From: an uncultured Lactobacillus sp.
GTDB taxonomy: Bacteria > Bacillota > Bacilli > Lactobacillales > Lactobacillaceae
Assembly: GCA_946482465.1 (NCBI GenBank)
Contig: CAMLRL010000004.1
Span: 17,441-81,440, forward strand
Direction: 5' to 3'
Length of the DNA: 64,000 nt
Both the position numbers and the translations under genes were made by a program. Under the pieces are notes generated by a model that worked only from the letters and a program-made list of their open reading frames with translations, searched no databases and was not told where the DNA came from. Shown here one piece after another: positions 48,170 through 57,381 of the stretch. Each line of letters opens with the position of its first letter. The stretch's first letter is position 1.

Positions 48170-49237
48170 TTATTTAATAGTAATAGCCTTGTGACAGAAT
48201 TCATGTTGAATTGTTGCTTTTGGAAGCCAAGCAATGGCGCCATGGTCGTAGTTCATGTTCTTGCCACCAGTACCAGCACCATCATGCTTTGAGTAGTATA
48301 GAGGGTCATAAACTAGGAATTTACCTTTTTCATAGCCAACAATAACTTTGCAGTGGTTACGTACATTGTCACCAGGCTTTTGGTATGAAGAAAAACCGTA
48401 GTAAAGAACAGGCTTTCCACCTTGAACGTACATTCTGATGTCCTCTAAGGTCAATTTCTTGTTAGAAATGTTAATAACATTTTTACCGGTCTTAAAGGTA
48501 CGAGCATATTTAGCTAAAGCACCTGGGCTGATTACATAGCCAAAACCGACACCGGTGTAAACATTACCTTTTTGACCACCCTTAGTTGGTTGCATTGGTA
48601 AGTTGTCCTGTACTTTCTTTAAGAAACTTGCAGTAATCTTTTGACCTTGTGAGCCAAGTAGCATTGACATTGAAGCACCCGCACAGCCCCAAGGTGTTTT
48701 AACTGGAACGTATTGGCTGACATATGGAGCCTTAACAATTTTAGCTTGGTTAGGTGTTGCGACAGCATTTTTGTTAATGTAGCCAATTGCTGGTTTGCCT
48801 TTTTGGCTGATCCAGTAGTATTTTTTACCGTTGTGGGTAAAAGTTTTGCTGACATTAAAAGTCTTGTGGAAGTATTTTGAGCTAGATTTTTTGTTCTCAA
48901 AATTGCCTTGATAAATGCCGTAGTTCTTCTTAACAATTGCTACTTTGAAAGTCTTAACCTTTTTATTTGAAGCAGTTGTTGTTTGCTCCTTATTCGTGGT
49001 CGAAGGCGCTTTTGTCTGATCAGATGAAGATGGCGTCTTTGTTTGATCAGTTTTACTTGATTGTTCAGTTTGACTAGGTTGCTGTGTTTGAGTTGTTTGA
49101 CTGCTTTGAGGTGTTTGTGATTGAGCCTCATCAGCAGCGCTAACAACTGAAACGATACTTGAGCTTGCGATCGGAGCAGCAAGCAAGATTGCAGCAGAAA
49201 GTGTCTTTATTTTTTTAAGCACTGATTTTTTATCCAC
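48170..49237 (-). CDS. Secreted C39-like cysteine peptidase with Q/T/S linker and a cell-wall-binding-like domain
   Basis: Signal peptide, low-complexity linker, PYVSQ...GCAGASMSM, NHCKVIVGY, VYDP; GTG 49237 follows RBS GGAGG. Confidence 0.82.
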   Translation of the reverse strand: MDKKSVLKKIKTLSAAILLAAPIASSSIVSVVSAADEAQSQTPQSSQTTQTQQPSQTEQSSKTDQTKTPSSSDQTKAPSTTNKEQTTTASNKKVKTFKVAIVKKNYGIYQGNFENKKSSSKYFHKTFNVSKTFTHNGKKYYWISQKGKPAIGYINKNAVATPNQAKIVKAPYVSQYVPVKTPWGCAGASMSMLLGSQGQKITASFLKKVQDNLPMQPTKGGQKGNVYTGVGFGYVISPGALAKYARTFKTGKNVINISNKKLTLEDIRMYVQGGKPVLYYGFSSYQKPGDNVRNHCKVIVGYEKGKFLVYDPLYYSKHDGAGTGGKNMNYDHGAIAWLPKATIQHEFCHKAITIK

Positions 49238-49394
49238 TTTTTTCCTCCAAAATTTCACATATTATTGTTAAATAATCTTACCAAAATCTTACCAAAACTA
49301 GTTTACTACAATCACCAATTAATTTGTCATATTTTTAGATGAAAAAAGATAACAAAAAAGGCAATCGTAGTTGCTTTTCATTTGTTTGACTTTT

Positions 49395-49931
49395 TTATGC
49401 AGCTGTCCGACTAATACTAAAAATATAGTTGAACATACCGTTAGATAGGCCTGGTGTACTATAAATTATAAAACGTAAAAATGATGAATTAAGTGTTTGT
49501 TGAATAAACCATGGATTTTGCAAAGCATTGAGCATCGACAAAATTATATAGACGAAAAAATAGCTAGCAAAAAATTGAGCGGTCGCGCCTAAAACACCAT
49601 CTAAAAGAGTACCAAAACTGGTTGAGTGTGGCTTTTTGCTTGGGAACCACCCTTTAACAATTTTGATTAACCATTTACCAACAAATAAAATGATGAAAAA
49701 GGCTAAGAATCGAAAAATCATTAAATTGGTGCTAGTGGTCAAACTGGTTTGAATGTTTTGACCAGTAATTTGGCTGTAGAGCCAATTGCCAACAGGATTT
49801 TGAAATAAGATTGCAGCGATGAAAACAACCGCTGCAAAAATTAAATTAATAACTAATTTGGTAAAACCGGTTTGGTATCCCTTATATGTTTTTAGGGCCA
49901 AATAGACTAAAACAATTAAAGTAACAATCAT
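49395..49931 (-). CDS. CvpA (colicin V production) family membrane protein
   Basis: YKGYQTGF and LDGVLGA motifs; 4 TMs. Confidence 0.8.
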   Translation of the reverse strand: MIVTLIVLVYLALKTYKGYQTGFTKLVINLIFAAVVFIAAILFQNPVGNWLYSQITGQNIQTSLTTSTNLMIFRFLAFFIILFVGKWLIKIVKGWFPSKKPHSTSFGTLLDGVLGATAQFFASYFFVYIILSMLNALQNPWFIQQTLNSSFLRFIIYSTPGLSNGMFNYIFSISRTAA

Positions 49932-50088
49932 AATGATCTCCTTTGACGATATTATAGCGTATTTTGCTGATTTAGACTTTGACGGCAGTCAAAAAATATT
50001 TCATAATTAATAAGATATAATGGCTTTACAATAAGCCGCTTTTAGCGTTAAATTTATAGGGTGTGAAACAAGGTTTCACGGGTGAAAA

Positions 50089-50811
50089 ATGAATCCTGAA
50101 CAATTTGTCCAAGAATTATCAAAGCGTAATTTTAAATTAAGTGAAAAGCAAATCAACCAATTTAACCAATACTTTACTAGTTTGATTGAAGCTAATCAGC
50201 ATGTTAACCTCACACGAATTACTGAAGAAAATGATGTTTATCTTAAGCACTTTTTTGACAGTATTACGCCACTACTCATGTTTGATGAATTTTTTAAATC
50301 GGGCAGCAATTTATGTGATATCGGTGCTGGCGCGGGTTTCCCATCAATTCCGCTCAAAATTATAAAACCAGAAATCAAAGTCACTATTGTCGATTCACTA
50401 GGTAAGCGACTGACTTTTTTGCAAGAACTTGTTGATAAGTTAGATTTGAAGGATGTAACACTTGTTCATGGTCGCGCCGAGGATGTCGGTCAAAACAAGC
50501 AATACCGTGAACAGTTTGATCTTGTAACTGCACGTGCAGTTGCCAATATGGCGGTATTGAGTGAATATTGCTTACCACTAGTCAAAAAAGGTGGTAGTTT
50601 CATTGCACTTAAGGGACCTAAAGCTGATGATGAGTTGAAAGATAGTCAAAAGGCAATCACAACTCTTGGTGGCAAGGTCAGTGAGGCTGAAGAACTGCAA
50701 TTACCTTATAGTGACGAAGAAAGAACGCTGATTCTTGTTCAAAAAGTCAAAATGACACCTAAGAAATATCCACGACAAGCGGGAACACCGCATCGTAAAC
50801 CAATTCATTAA
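50089..50811 (+). CDS. rsmG: 16S rRNA m7G527 methyltransferase
   Basis: [42 protein letters not shown]. Confidence 0.97.
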   Translation: MNPEQFVQELSKRNFKLSEKQINQFNQYFTSLIEANQHVNLTRITEENDVYLKHFFDSITPLLMFDEFFKSGSNLCDIGAGAGFPSIPLKIIKPEIKVTIVDSLGKRLTFLQELVDKLDLKDVTLVHGRAEDVGQNKQYREQFDLVTARAVANMAVLSEYCLPLVKKGGSFIALKGPKADDELKDSQKAITTLGGKVSEAEELQLPYSDEERTLILVQKVKMTPKKYPRQAGTPHRKPIH

Positions 50812-50826
50812 TAGGGGGACAATCAT

Positions 50827-51663
50827 ATGTCACTATTTTCTTCTTTAAGACATCACGATGAAATTCCTAAAGATAAACAAATTCAAGATATTGAATTAAC
50901 TAAAATCGTGCCCAATTCTTATCAACCAAGACGTGAGTTTTCCGATGAATCAATTCGTGAATTAGCAACGACGCTTGATAAGGAAGGATTGCTACAACCG
51001 ATCGTGGTTCGCGAACAAGGCGAGCAATACGAAATCATTGCAGGTGAGCGTCGTTTTCGTGCTGCTAAGCAATTAGGTTGGGAAACAATTCCTGCAATTG
51101 TTAACAATATGGAGGAAGCTCAGGCAGCATCATTAGCGCTGATTGAGAACTTACAAAGAGAGAATTTAAATCCAATCGATGAGGCGCAAGCATATAATAA
51201 TTTAATGAAGCTAAATAATTTGACGCAAACAGCTCTTGCGCAAAATATTGGTAAGTCTCAATCATATGTTGCCAATAAGATGAGATTGCTGAAGCTATCA
51301 CCTAAAGTTCAAAGCTATCTTGCCAGTGGACAAATTTCGCCACGACATGGTCGTTGTCTAGTAGGCTTAAGCCAAAAGGACCAAGGGCGTGTTTTAGATG
51401 AAATCTTGGACAATAATCTTAATGTTAGTGATACAGAAAAGATTGTCAAAGACGTTGCTGGCTACTTTGAAAATAAAAAAGAGCAGGACAAGGCAGAAAA
51501 AACAAAGCGCGCTGTCAGCCGAATACCTAAGGATATGCAGGTCCAAATTAACACAATTAAGCGTGCAGTTAAGTTAGCTAAAGAATCTGGCATCAAAGTT
51601 AAAGTCAAGGAAAACAATGATCCTGATGATTATATGATTACGATTGAATTAAAGAGAAAGTAG
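50827..51663 (+). CDS. noc: Nucleoid occlusion protein
   Basis: ParB-like (QPR, GERRFRA, IENLQRE.L), short N-terminal amphipathic MSLFSSLR, located between rsmG and parA. Confidence 0.88.
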   Translation: MSLFSSLRHHDEIPKDKQIQDIELTKIVPNSYQPRREFSDESIRELATTLDKEGLLQPIVVREQGEQYEIIAGERRFRAAKQLGWETIPAIVNNMEEAQAASLALIENLQRENLNPIDEAQAYNNLMKLNNLTQTALAQNIGKSQSYVANKMRLLKLSPKVQSYLASGQISPRHGRCLVGLSQKDQGRVLDEILDNNLNVSDTEKIVKDVAGYFENKKEQDKAEKTKRAVSRIPKDMQVQINTIKRAVKLAKESGIKVKVKENNDPDDYMITIELKRK

Positions 51664-51670
51664 GTTGCAC

Positions 51671-52459
51671 ATGGAAAATATGGTAAGTGTAATTTCAGTT
51701 GCTAACCAAAAGGGTGGTGTTGGTAAAACAACCACCACGATTAATTTGGCGGCTTCGATTGCAGAACGTGGCTACCGCGTTTTAATTGTCGATATTGATC
51801 CACAGGGGAATGCAACTTCTGGCTTAGGAATTGAAAAATCAGAAATTGATCAAGATATTTACAGTGTGTTGATTAACGATGTTCCACTCAAAGACACAAT
51901 TTTCCATACTTCGACTGATAAGCTAGATTTGGTGCCAGCCACCATTAATCTTTCAGGAGCAGAAACTGAATTGATTAGCATGATGGCACGTGAAACTCGA
52001 CTCAAGTCAGCGCTTGATACAGTTAGTGGCGATTATGATTTCATTTTTATTGATTGCCCACCTTCTTTAGGACAATTATCAATTAATGCCTTTACAGCTT
52101 CAAATTCAATTTTAATTCCAGTTCAAAGTGAGTACTATGCAATGGAAGGATTAAGCCAGTTGCTTAATACCATTCGCCTAGTTCAAAAGCACTTCAACAA
52201 GGACTTAGGCGTTGAGGGTGTATTGATGACTATGCTGGATGCACGGACTAATTTGGGTGCAGAAGTTGTTAAAGAGGTAAAATCTTATTTCACAGATAAG
52301 GTTTATAAAACTATTATTCCTCGAATAACTAAACTGGCAGAAGCTCCAAGTTATGGCGAAGCAATTACAGAATACGCACCTAATTCAAGAGGTGCCAAGG
52401 TATACGACGATTTAGCTAAGGAGGTGCTGAAGAATCATGGAAAGAGACTCAAAAAATAA
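51671..52459 (+). CDS. parA: Chromosome partitioning ATPase ParA/Soj
   Basis: NQKGGVGKTTT, DIDPQGNATSG, IDCPPSLG, LAEAPSYG. Confidence 0.96.
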   Translation: MENMVSVISVANQKGGVGKTTTTINLAASIAERGYRVLIVDIDPQGNATSGLGIEKSEIDQDIYSVLINDVPLKDTIFHTSTDKLDLVPATINLSGAETELISMMARETRLKSALDTVSGDYDFIFIDCPPSLGQLSINAFTASNSILIPVQSEYYAMEGLSQLLNTIRLVQKHFNKDLGVEGVLMTMLDARTNLGAEVVKEVKSYFTDKVYKTIIPRITKLAEAPSYGEAITEYAPNSRGAKVYDDLAKEVLKNHGKRLKK

Positions 52460-53324
52460 AGAAATGAAGCGAAAAGGTGGTCTTGGCCGTGGGATTGAAG
52501 CTTTATTTGAAGATGAACCGCAGATTGAAGAAACTGAAGAAGAAATCAAGGACCTTGATCTTGGCGATATTAGGCCCAATCCTTATCAACCGCGTAAGAG
52601 TTTTGACGATAAAACTCTGAGAGAATTATCAGATTCAATTAAGGAAAACGGTGTTTTTCAACCAATTATTGTTCGTAAGTCCGTTAGTGGTTTTGAGATT
52701 ATTGCGGGTGAGCGCCGTTTCCGTGCTTCCAAGTTAGCCAAGAAAACAACAATTCCAGCGATTGTACGTGACTTCACCGAAAGTCAAATGATGGAAGTGG
52801 CGGTTCTTGAAAACTTGCAACGTGAAGATTTGTCACCGCTAGAAGAAGCTCAAGCATATGAAATGCTGCAAAAGAATTTGGGATTAACACAGGAAGAAGT
52901 TTCAAAGCGGATGGGCAAATCACGTCCATATATTGCCAACTACCTGCGTTTGCTTACTTTGCCGAGCAAAACCAAGCACCTTCTGCAACATGGTGACCTT
53001 TCAATGGGTCAGGCCAGAACACTGCTAGGGCTAAAGAACAAAGATAAAATTGATGAGGTTGCCAAGCAAGTAGTTAAAGAGGGGATGCCTGTTCGTAAGG
53101 TAGAAGCCCTGGTAGCTAGTCTTAACGCAAAGAAACCTCATAAGAAAATGACCAAGAAGTCAGCCTTTATTCGGGAAAGTGAGCATCAATTATCTGATAA
53201 GCTAGGTTCCAAAGTTAATATTTCCGAAAGCAAAAAAGGTAACGGCCGTTTATCAATTGGGTTCTCCTCAGTTGATGAGCTGAACAGAATTCTCGATATC
53301 TTGGGTGTTGATCTTGATGAATAA
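52437..53324 (+). CDS. parB: Chromosome partitioning protein ParB/Spo0J
   Basis: GLGRGIEALF, NPYQPR, GERRFRA, GKSRPYIAN.LRLL. Confidence 0.96.
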   Translation: MERDSKNKEMKRKGGLGRGIEALFEDEPQIEETEEEIKDLDLGDIRPNPYQPRKSFDDKTLRELSDSIKENGVFQPIIVRKSVSGFEIIAGERRFRASKLAKKTTIPAIVRDFTESQMMEVAVLENLQREDLSPLEEAQAYEMLQKNLGLTQEEVSKRMGKSRPYIANYLRLLTLPSKTKHLLQHGDLSMGQARTLLGLKNKDKIDEVAKQVVKEGMPVRKVEALVASLNAKKPHKKMTKKSAFIRESEHQLSDKLGSKVNISESKKGNGRLSIGFSSVDELNRILDILGVDLDE

Positions 53325-53592
53325 GACGATCAGTTATAACTTGGCAGACACAGTTTTAATGAAAAAACCGCACGCCTGCAGAGTAAATGAATGGGAAATT
53401 TTGCGTTTGGGCGCTGACATTCGTTTAAAGTGTATGGGTTGTGGTCACATTGTAATGATGCCGAGATCAAAGTTTGATCATAATCTCAAAAAAGTTTTAA
53501 CTAAGGCAAATGATCCTGTAAATGAGAAAAACGAGTTCTTTGTACCAAAGGAAAATATTGTCCAACCAAATTTTAATCAAGATAATAATTAA
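53317..53592 (+). CDS. DUF951 family protein
   Basis: MKKPHAC..NEWEILRLGADIRLKC.GCGH.VMMPR. Confidence 0.9.
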   Translation: MNKTISYNLADTVLMKKPHACRVNEWEILRLGADIRLKCMGCGHIVMMPRSKFDHNLKKVLTKANDPVNEKNEFFVPKENIVQPNFNQDNN

Positions 53593-53616
53593 TTTAGAAA
53601 AAAGAAGAGGATAAAG

Positions 53617-54717
53617 ATGTCATTAACTGCTGGTATTGTTGGATTGCCAAACGTTGGGAAGTCAACCTTATTTAACGCAATTACTAAGGCGGGGGCCGAA
53701 ATGGCTAACTACCCATTCGCCACGATTGAGCCAAATGTAGGGATGGTCGAAGTACCTGATAAGCGTTTGGCACGAATTCAGGAATTAGTACCTGCGAAAA
53801 AAATTGTTCACACGACTTTTGAATTTACTGATATTGCAGGCTTGGTTAAGGGTGCGTCAAAAGGTGAAGGGCTTGGTAACAAGTTCTTAGAGAATATTCG
53901 TCAAACAGATGCGATTGTTCATGTGGTACGTGCCTTTGAAGATGACAACATTACCTCTGTAACTGGTAAGGTAGATCCAGAAGAGGATATCAATACCATT
54001 AACTTGGAATTGGCAATTTCCGATTTGGATGCAGTTAACCGTAGAATTGACAAGGTAAAGAAGCTTGCACAACAAAAAGATAAGGAAGCTAAAGCTGAAC
54101 TTGCTGTTTTGGAAAAAATCAAGCCAGTTTTAGAAGAAGGCAAGGCTGTACGCTCAATTAACTTCAACGAAGAGGAGCAAAAAATTGTTAAAGGCTTGTT
54201 CTTATTGACAGCTAAGCCAGTTATCTATGTTGCCAATATTGCTGAAGATTCTATGTCCGATCCTGAAAGTGATCAATATTTCCAAATCGTTAAAAAGCAT
54301 GCAGAAAGTGAAAATGCTGAGTGCTTAGGAATTTCGGCTGCTACCGAAGAAGAAATAGCCGGACTTGATGATGATGAAAAAGCTGAATTTTTAGAGGCTG
54401 AAGGTGTCAGTGAGTCAGGACTGGACCGCTTAATCAGAGCAGCATATCACATCTTAGGACTTAGAACTTTCTTCACAGCTGGTGGATCAGAAACACGTGC
54501 TTGGACTTTCCATGAAGGCATGAAAGCTCCACAAGTTGCTGGTGTAATTCACTCAGATTTTGAACGCGGCTTTATCCGCGCTGAAGTTGTCTCATTTGCT
54601 GACTTAGACAAATATGAAACAATGCAAAAAGTTAAAGAAGCTGGTAAGCTGCGCCTTGAAGGAAAAGACTACGAAGTCCAAGACGGCGACATTATTGAAT
54701 TTAGATTTAATGTTTAG
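53617..54717 (+). CDS. ychF: Ribosome-binding ATPase YchF
   Basis: GLPNVGKSTLFN, NYPFATIEPN, DIAGLVKGASKGEGLGN, TGS-like C-terminus. Confidence 0.97.
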   Translation: MSLTAGIVGLPNVGKSTLFNAITKAGAEMANYPFATIEPNVGMVEVPDKRLARIQELVPAKKIVHTTFEFTDIAGLVKGASKGEGLGNKFLENIRQTDAIVHVVRAFEDDNITSVTGKVDPEEDINTINLELAISDLDAVNRRIDKVKKLAQQKDKEAKAELAVLEKIKPVLEEGKAVRSINFNEEEQKIVKGLFLLTAKPVIYVANIAEDSMSDPESDQYFQIVKKHAESENAECLGISAATEEEIAGLDDDEKAEFLEAEGVSESGLDRLIRAAYHILGLRTFFTAGGSETRAWTFHEGMKAPQVAGVIHSDFERGFIRAEVVSFADLDKYETMQKVKEAGKLRLEGKDYEVQDGDIIEFRFNV

Positions 54718-54726
54718 GAAAAGATA

Positions 54727-55509
54727 ATGGCTGAAAAGAAAACTGAAGAAGAAGTAAAAATAGATACGAATAAGCAAGAAAAGCTGAAAGAAAAAGTTGA
54801 GAGTCAAAATAAAGACGACGAAGTGAAGGAAATGAATCCGGAGCAGCTGCGTAAGCAATTGAGTAATAAAAACTCGGATTATATTTATCGTTTGCAAAAA
54901 GAACTAGAAACCCAAGGCAAAATGAGTGCTGAAGATGCAGATAAACGTGTTGATGATTTATTGGCTGACCTAGTTGTTGCTCAACGTCATGGCCAGCCAG
55001 CTTCTACTTTTTATGGCATGGCACCAAAGCTCAAGGCAGCTGATATGTTAAAGCCAAAGAAAAAGACTGCAGCTGATATCCCATTTTGGCAATATGCAGT
55101 AGATAGTGCACTCTTATATATTGCATTATTTGTTGGTATTTTTGGTGTTATTGCGCTCTTTACGCCAAACTCAAAGAATAATTCGCAAATGGGAATTTTG
55201 TCGCTGGTTCTTGTAGGTGGTGTAATGGGCGTCTTCATGACCAAATATAATGAATGGGTTTTGCCTTCAGCTGGAAAGAACAGAAAAATTCCTTGGTCAA
55301 AATTGATTTGGGGCTTTATTCTGATGCTGGTGATTCTGTTTGCCTGCTTCTGGGTATTGGCAATTCCAGCATTAAGAATTATTAATCCTGTTTTGTCTGG
55401 AGTAGCTAACATTATTATTGCAGCTGCGGCATACGGAATCCGTTGGGTGTTCCGTCGACACTTCCAAATAATTGGTTCAGTTTTTAATCCGGCGACAACA
55501 AACAAATAG
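54727..55509 (+). CDS. DUF1129 family membrane protein
   Basis: LSNKN.DY, AQ..G..A...YG and 4 C-terminal TMs; usual position after ychF. Confidence 0.8.
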   Translation: MAEKKTEEEVKIDTNKQEKLKEKVESQNKDDEVKEMNPEQLRKQLSNKNSDYIYRLQKELETQGKMSAEDADKRVDDLLADLVVAQRHGQPASTFYGMAPKLKAADMLKPKKKTAADIPFWQYAVDSALLYIALFVGIFGVIALFTPNSKNNSQMGILSLVLVGGVMGVFMTKYNEWVLPSAGKNRKIPWSKLIWGFILMLVILFACFWVLAIPALRIINPVLSGVANIIIAAAAYGIRWVFRRHFQIIGSVFNPATTNK

Positions 55510-55653
55510 GTGCTTTTTATAAAAAAAAGGCCTATAATTAATGACTATATATTTTAAGAAGGATAAATAGCTTTTTAAGTCTATTTATCCTTTTAAATTA
55601 AAATTTGCACTTCGAGAAATAGCTATTTTCCCGTGGATAGAAAGAGGTACTTA

Positions 55654-57378
55654 ATGATTAATACACTGCGTAAATCAATTAGGCAGTATAAGAAGCAATC
55701 TTTGCTGTCCCCACTTTTTGTTATTTGTGAGGTTATCATTGAAATGCTGATACCATATCTAGTTGGTATTTTAATTGATAATGGAATCATGAAGGGGAAT
55801 ATGTCATATATCATGAAAACAGGTTTACTGTTGTTCGTGATCACAATTGTGTCACTTGTTTTAGGTGCATGTGCGAGCTATTTCTCTGCTCACGCTGCAG
55901 CAGGGTTTGCTGCTAATCTGCGAAAAGATATGTTTTACCATGTTCAAGATTTTTCGTTTGAAAACATTGATAAATTTTCCAGTTCCAGTCTTGTAACTAG
56001 AATGACGACAGACGTTAACAACATTCAAATGGCATATCAAATGCTGATCAGAATTGCTGTTAGAGCACCAATGATGTTGATTGTTTCAATCATTATGTCT
56101 ATAATTATCAGTCCTAGATTGTCATTAATCTTTGTCATTATTGCTCCTGTTTTTGTGATTATCATGGCGCTCATTATTAAAAGTGCTAATCCATATTTCC
56201 CTAAAATTTTTAGAGGCTACGATCAGATGAACCAGGTGGTTCGTGAAAACATCCGTGGTATTCGTGAAGTTAAGACATATGTTCAAGAAGATGAGCAAAC
56301 GACTAAGTTTAAGAAGTCGTCTGGCTTTATTTACAAGCTATTTTCAACAGCACAAAAAATCATGTCACTTAACTCAATGGTTGTGATAGCTGTTTTAAAT
56401 ATTTCAAACTTAGCAATTTGCTGGTTTGGTGCAAAGGAAATCGTTGGTGGTACTCTACAAGCTGGTCAATTGATTTCAATGTTCTCATATTCAAACTCCG
56501 TTTTAAACAGTCTGAATATTTTAGCAATGATCATTACTCAGCTTGTCGTTTCAGCTGCTAGTGGTCGAAGAATTGCCGAAGTAATTAATGAAAAACCATC
56601 CATTGAAAATCCGCTTAAGCCATTAAAAGAAGTGACTAATGGTGAAGTCATCTTTGATCACGTTAACTTTAAATACAATCCAGATGATAAGAACTACGCC
56701 TTGCATGATATAAACTTAAAAATCAAGCCTGGTGAAACACTAGGTATCATTGGTAAAACTGGTTCATCAAAATCAACTTTAGTTTCAATGATTCCGCGTT
56801 TATATGATACGGACTCGGGTGCAGTTCGCGTTTCTGGACACAACGTTAAATCCTATAACTTAAAGACTTTACGTGACAATGTTGCGGTTGTTTTGCAAAA
56901 TAACGTGTTATTCTCTGGCACAATTAAGGACAATCTGAAATGGGGAAATGAGAATGCAACTGACGACCAAATTTTAGCTGCTTCAAAGATTGCTCATGCA
57001 GATGACTTTATTCAAGAAATGCCTGATAAATACAACACAATGGTTGAACAAGGCGGTAACAACGTTTCTGGTGGACAAAAACAAAGAATTACTATTGCCA
57101 GAGCACTTTTGAAGAAACCGAAAATTTTAATTTTGGACGATTCGACTTCGGCAGTTGATACGCAAACGGAACGTGAAATTCGTGAATCGCTAGCACAAGA
57201 AATGCCTGATACGACTAAAATTATCATTTCCCAACGAATTGTTTCAATTAAGGATGCAGATCGAATTATCGTAATGGATGATGGTAACATTCAAGACATT
57301 GGTAACCACGATGAATTGATGGAGCGTAACGATCTGTATAGCTCAATTGCTAAATTCCAAGAAGAACAAAAGAAGTAG
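55654..57378 (+). CDS. Heterodimeric ABC exporter subunit with degenerate NBD
   Basis: TMD plus NBD; GKTGSSKST, LILDDST, switch Q (ISQR). Confidence 0.92.
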   Translation: MINTLRKSIRQYKKQSLLSPLFVICEVIIEMLIPYLVGILIDNGIMKGNMSYIMKTGLLLFVITIVSLVLGACASYFSAHAAAGFAANLRKDMFYHVQDFSFENIDKFSSSSLVTRMTTDVNNIQMAYQMLIRIAVRAPMMLIVSIIMSIIISPRLSLIFVIIAPVFVIIMALIIKSANPYFPKIFRGYDQMNQVVRENIRGIREVKTYVQEDEQTTKFKKSSGFIYKLFSTAQKIMSLNSMVVIAVLNISNLAICWFGAKEIVGGTLQAGQLISMFSYSNSVLNSLNILAMIITQLVVSAASGRRIAEVINEKPSIENPLKPLKEVTNGEVIFDHVNFKYNPDDKNYALHDINLKIKPGETLGIIGKTGSSKSTLVSMIPRLYDTDSGAVRVSGHNVKSYNLKTLRDNVAVVLQNNVLFSGTIKDNLKWGNENATDDQILAASKIAHADDFIQEMPDKYNTMVEQGGNNVSGGQKQRITIARALLKKPKILILDDSTSAVDTQTEREIRESLAQEMPDTTKIIISQRIVSIKDADRIIVMDDGNIQDIGNHDELMERNDLYSSIAKFQEEQKK

Positions 57379-57381
57379 GTG

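Noticed and set aside
48960-49135. Quasi-repetitive CAAACT/CAA-rich DNA
   Set aside because: Encodes the Q/T/S linker of the peptidase; it is not a CRISPR array or a true tandem repeat.
55011-55505. 164-aa minus-strand ORF, like the many other 60-120 aa shadow ORFs in the track
   Set aside because: Antisense or out-of-frame shadows of well-supported genes, with no RBS or domain signal.
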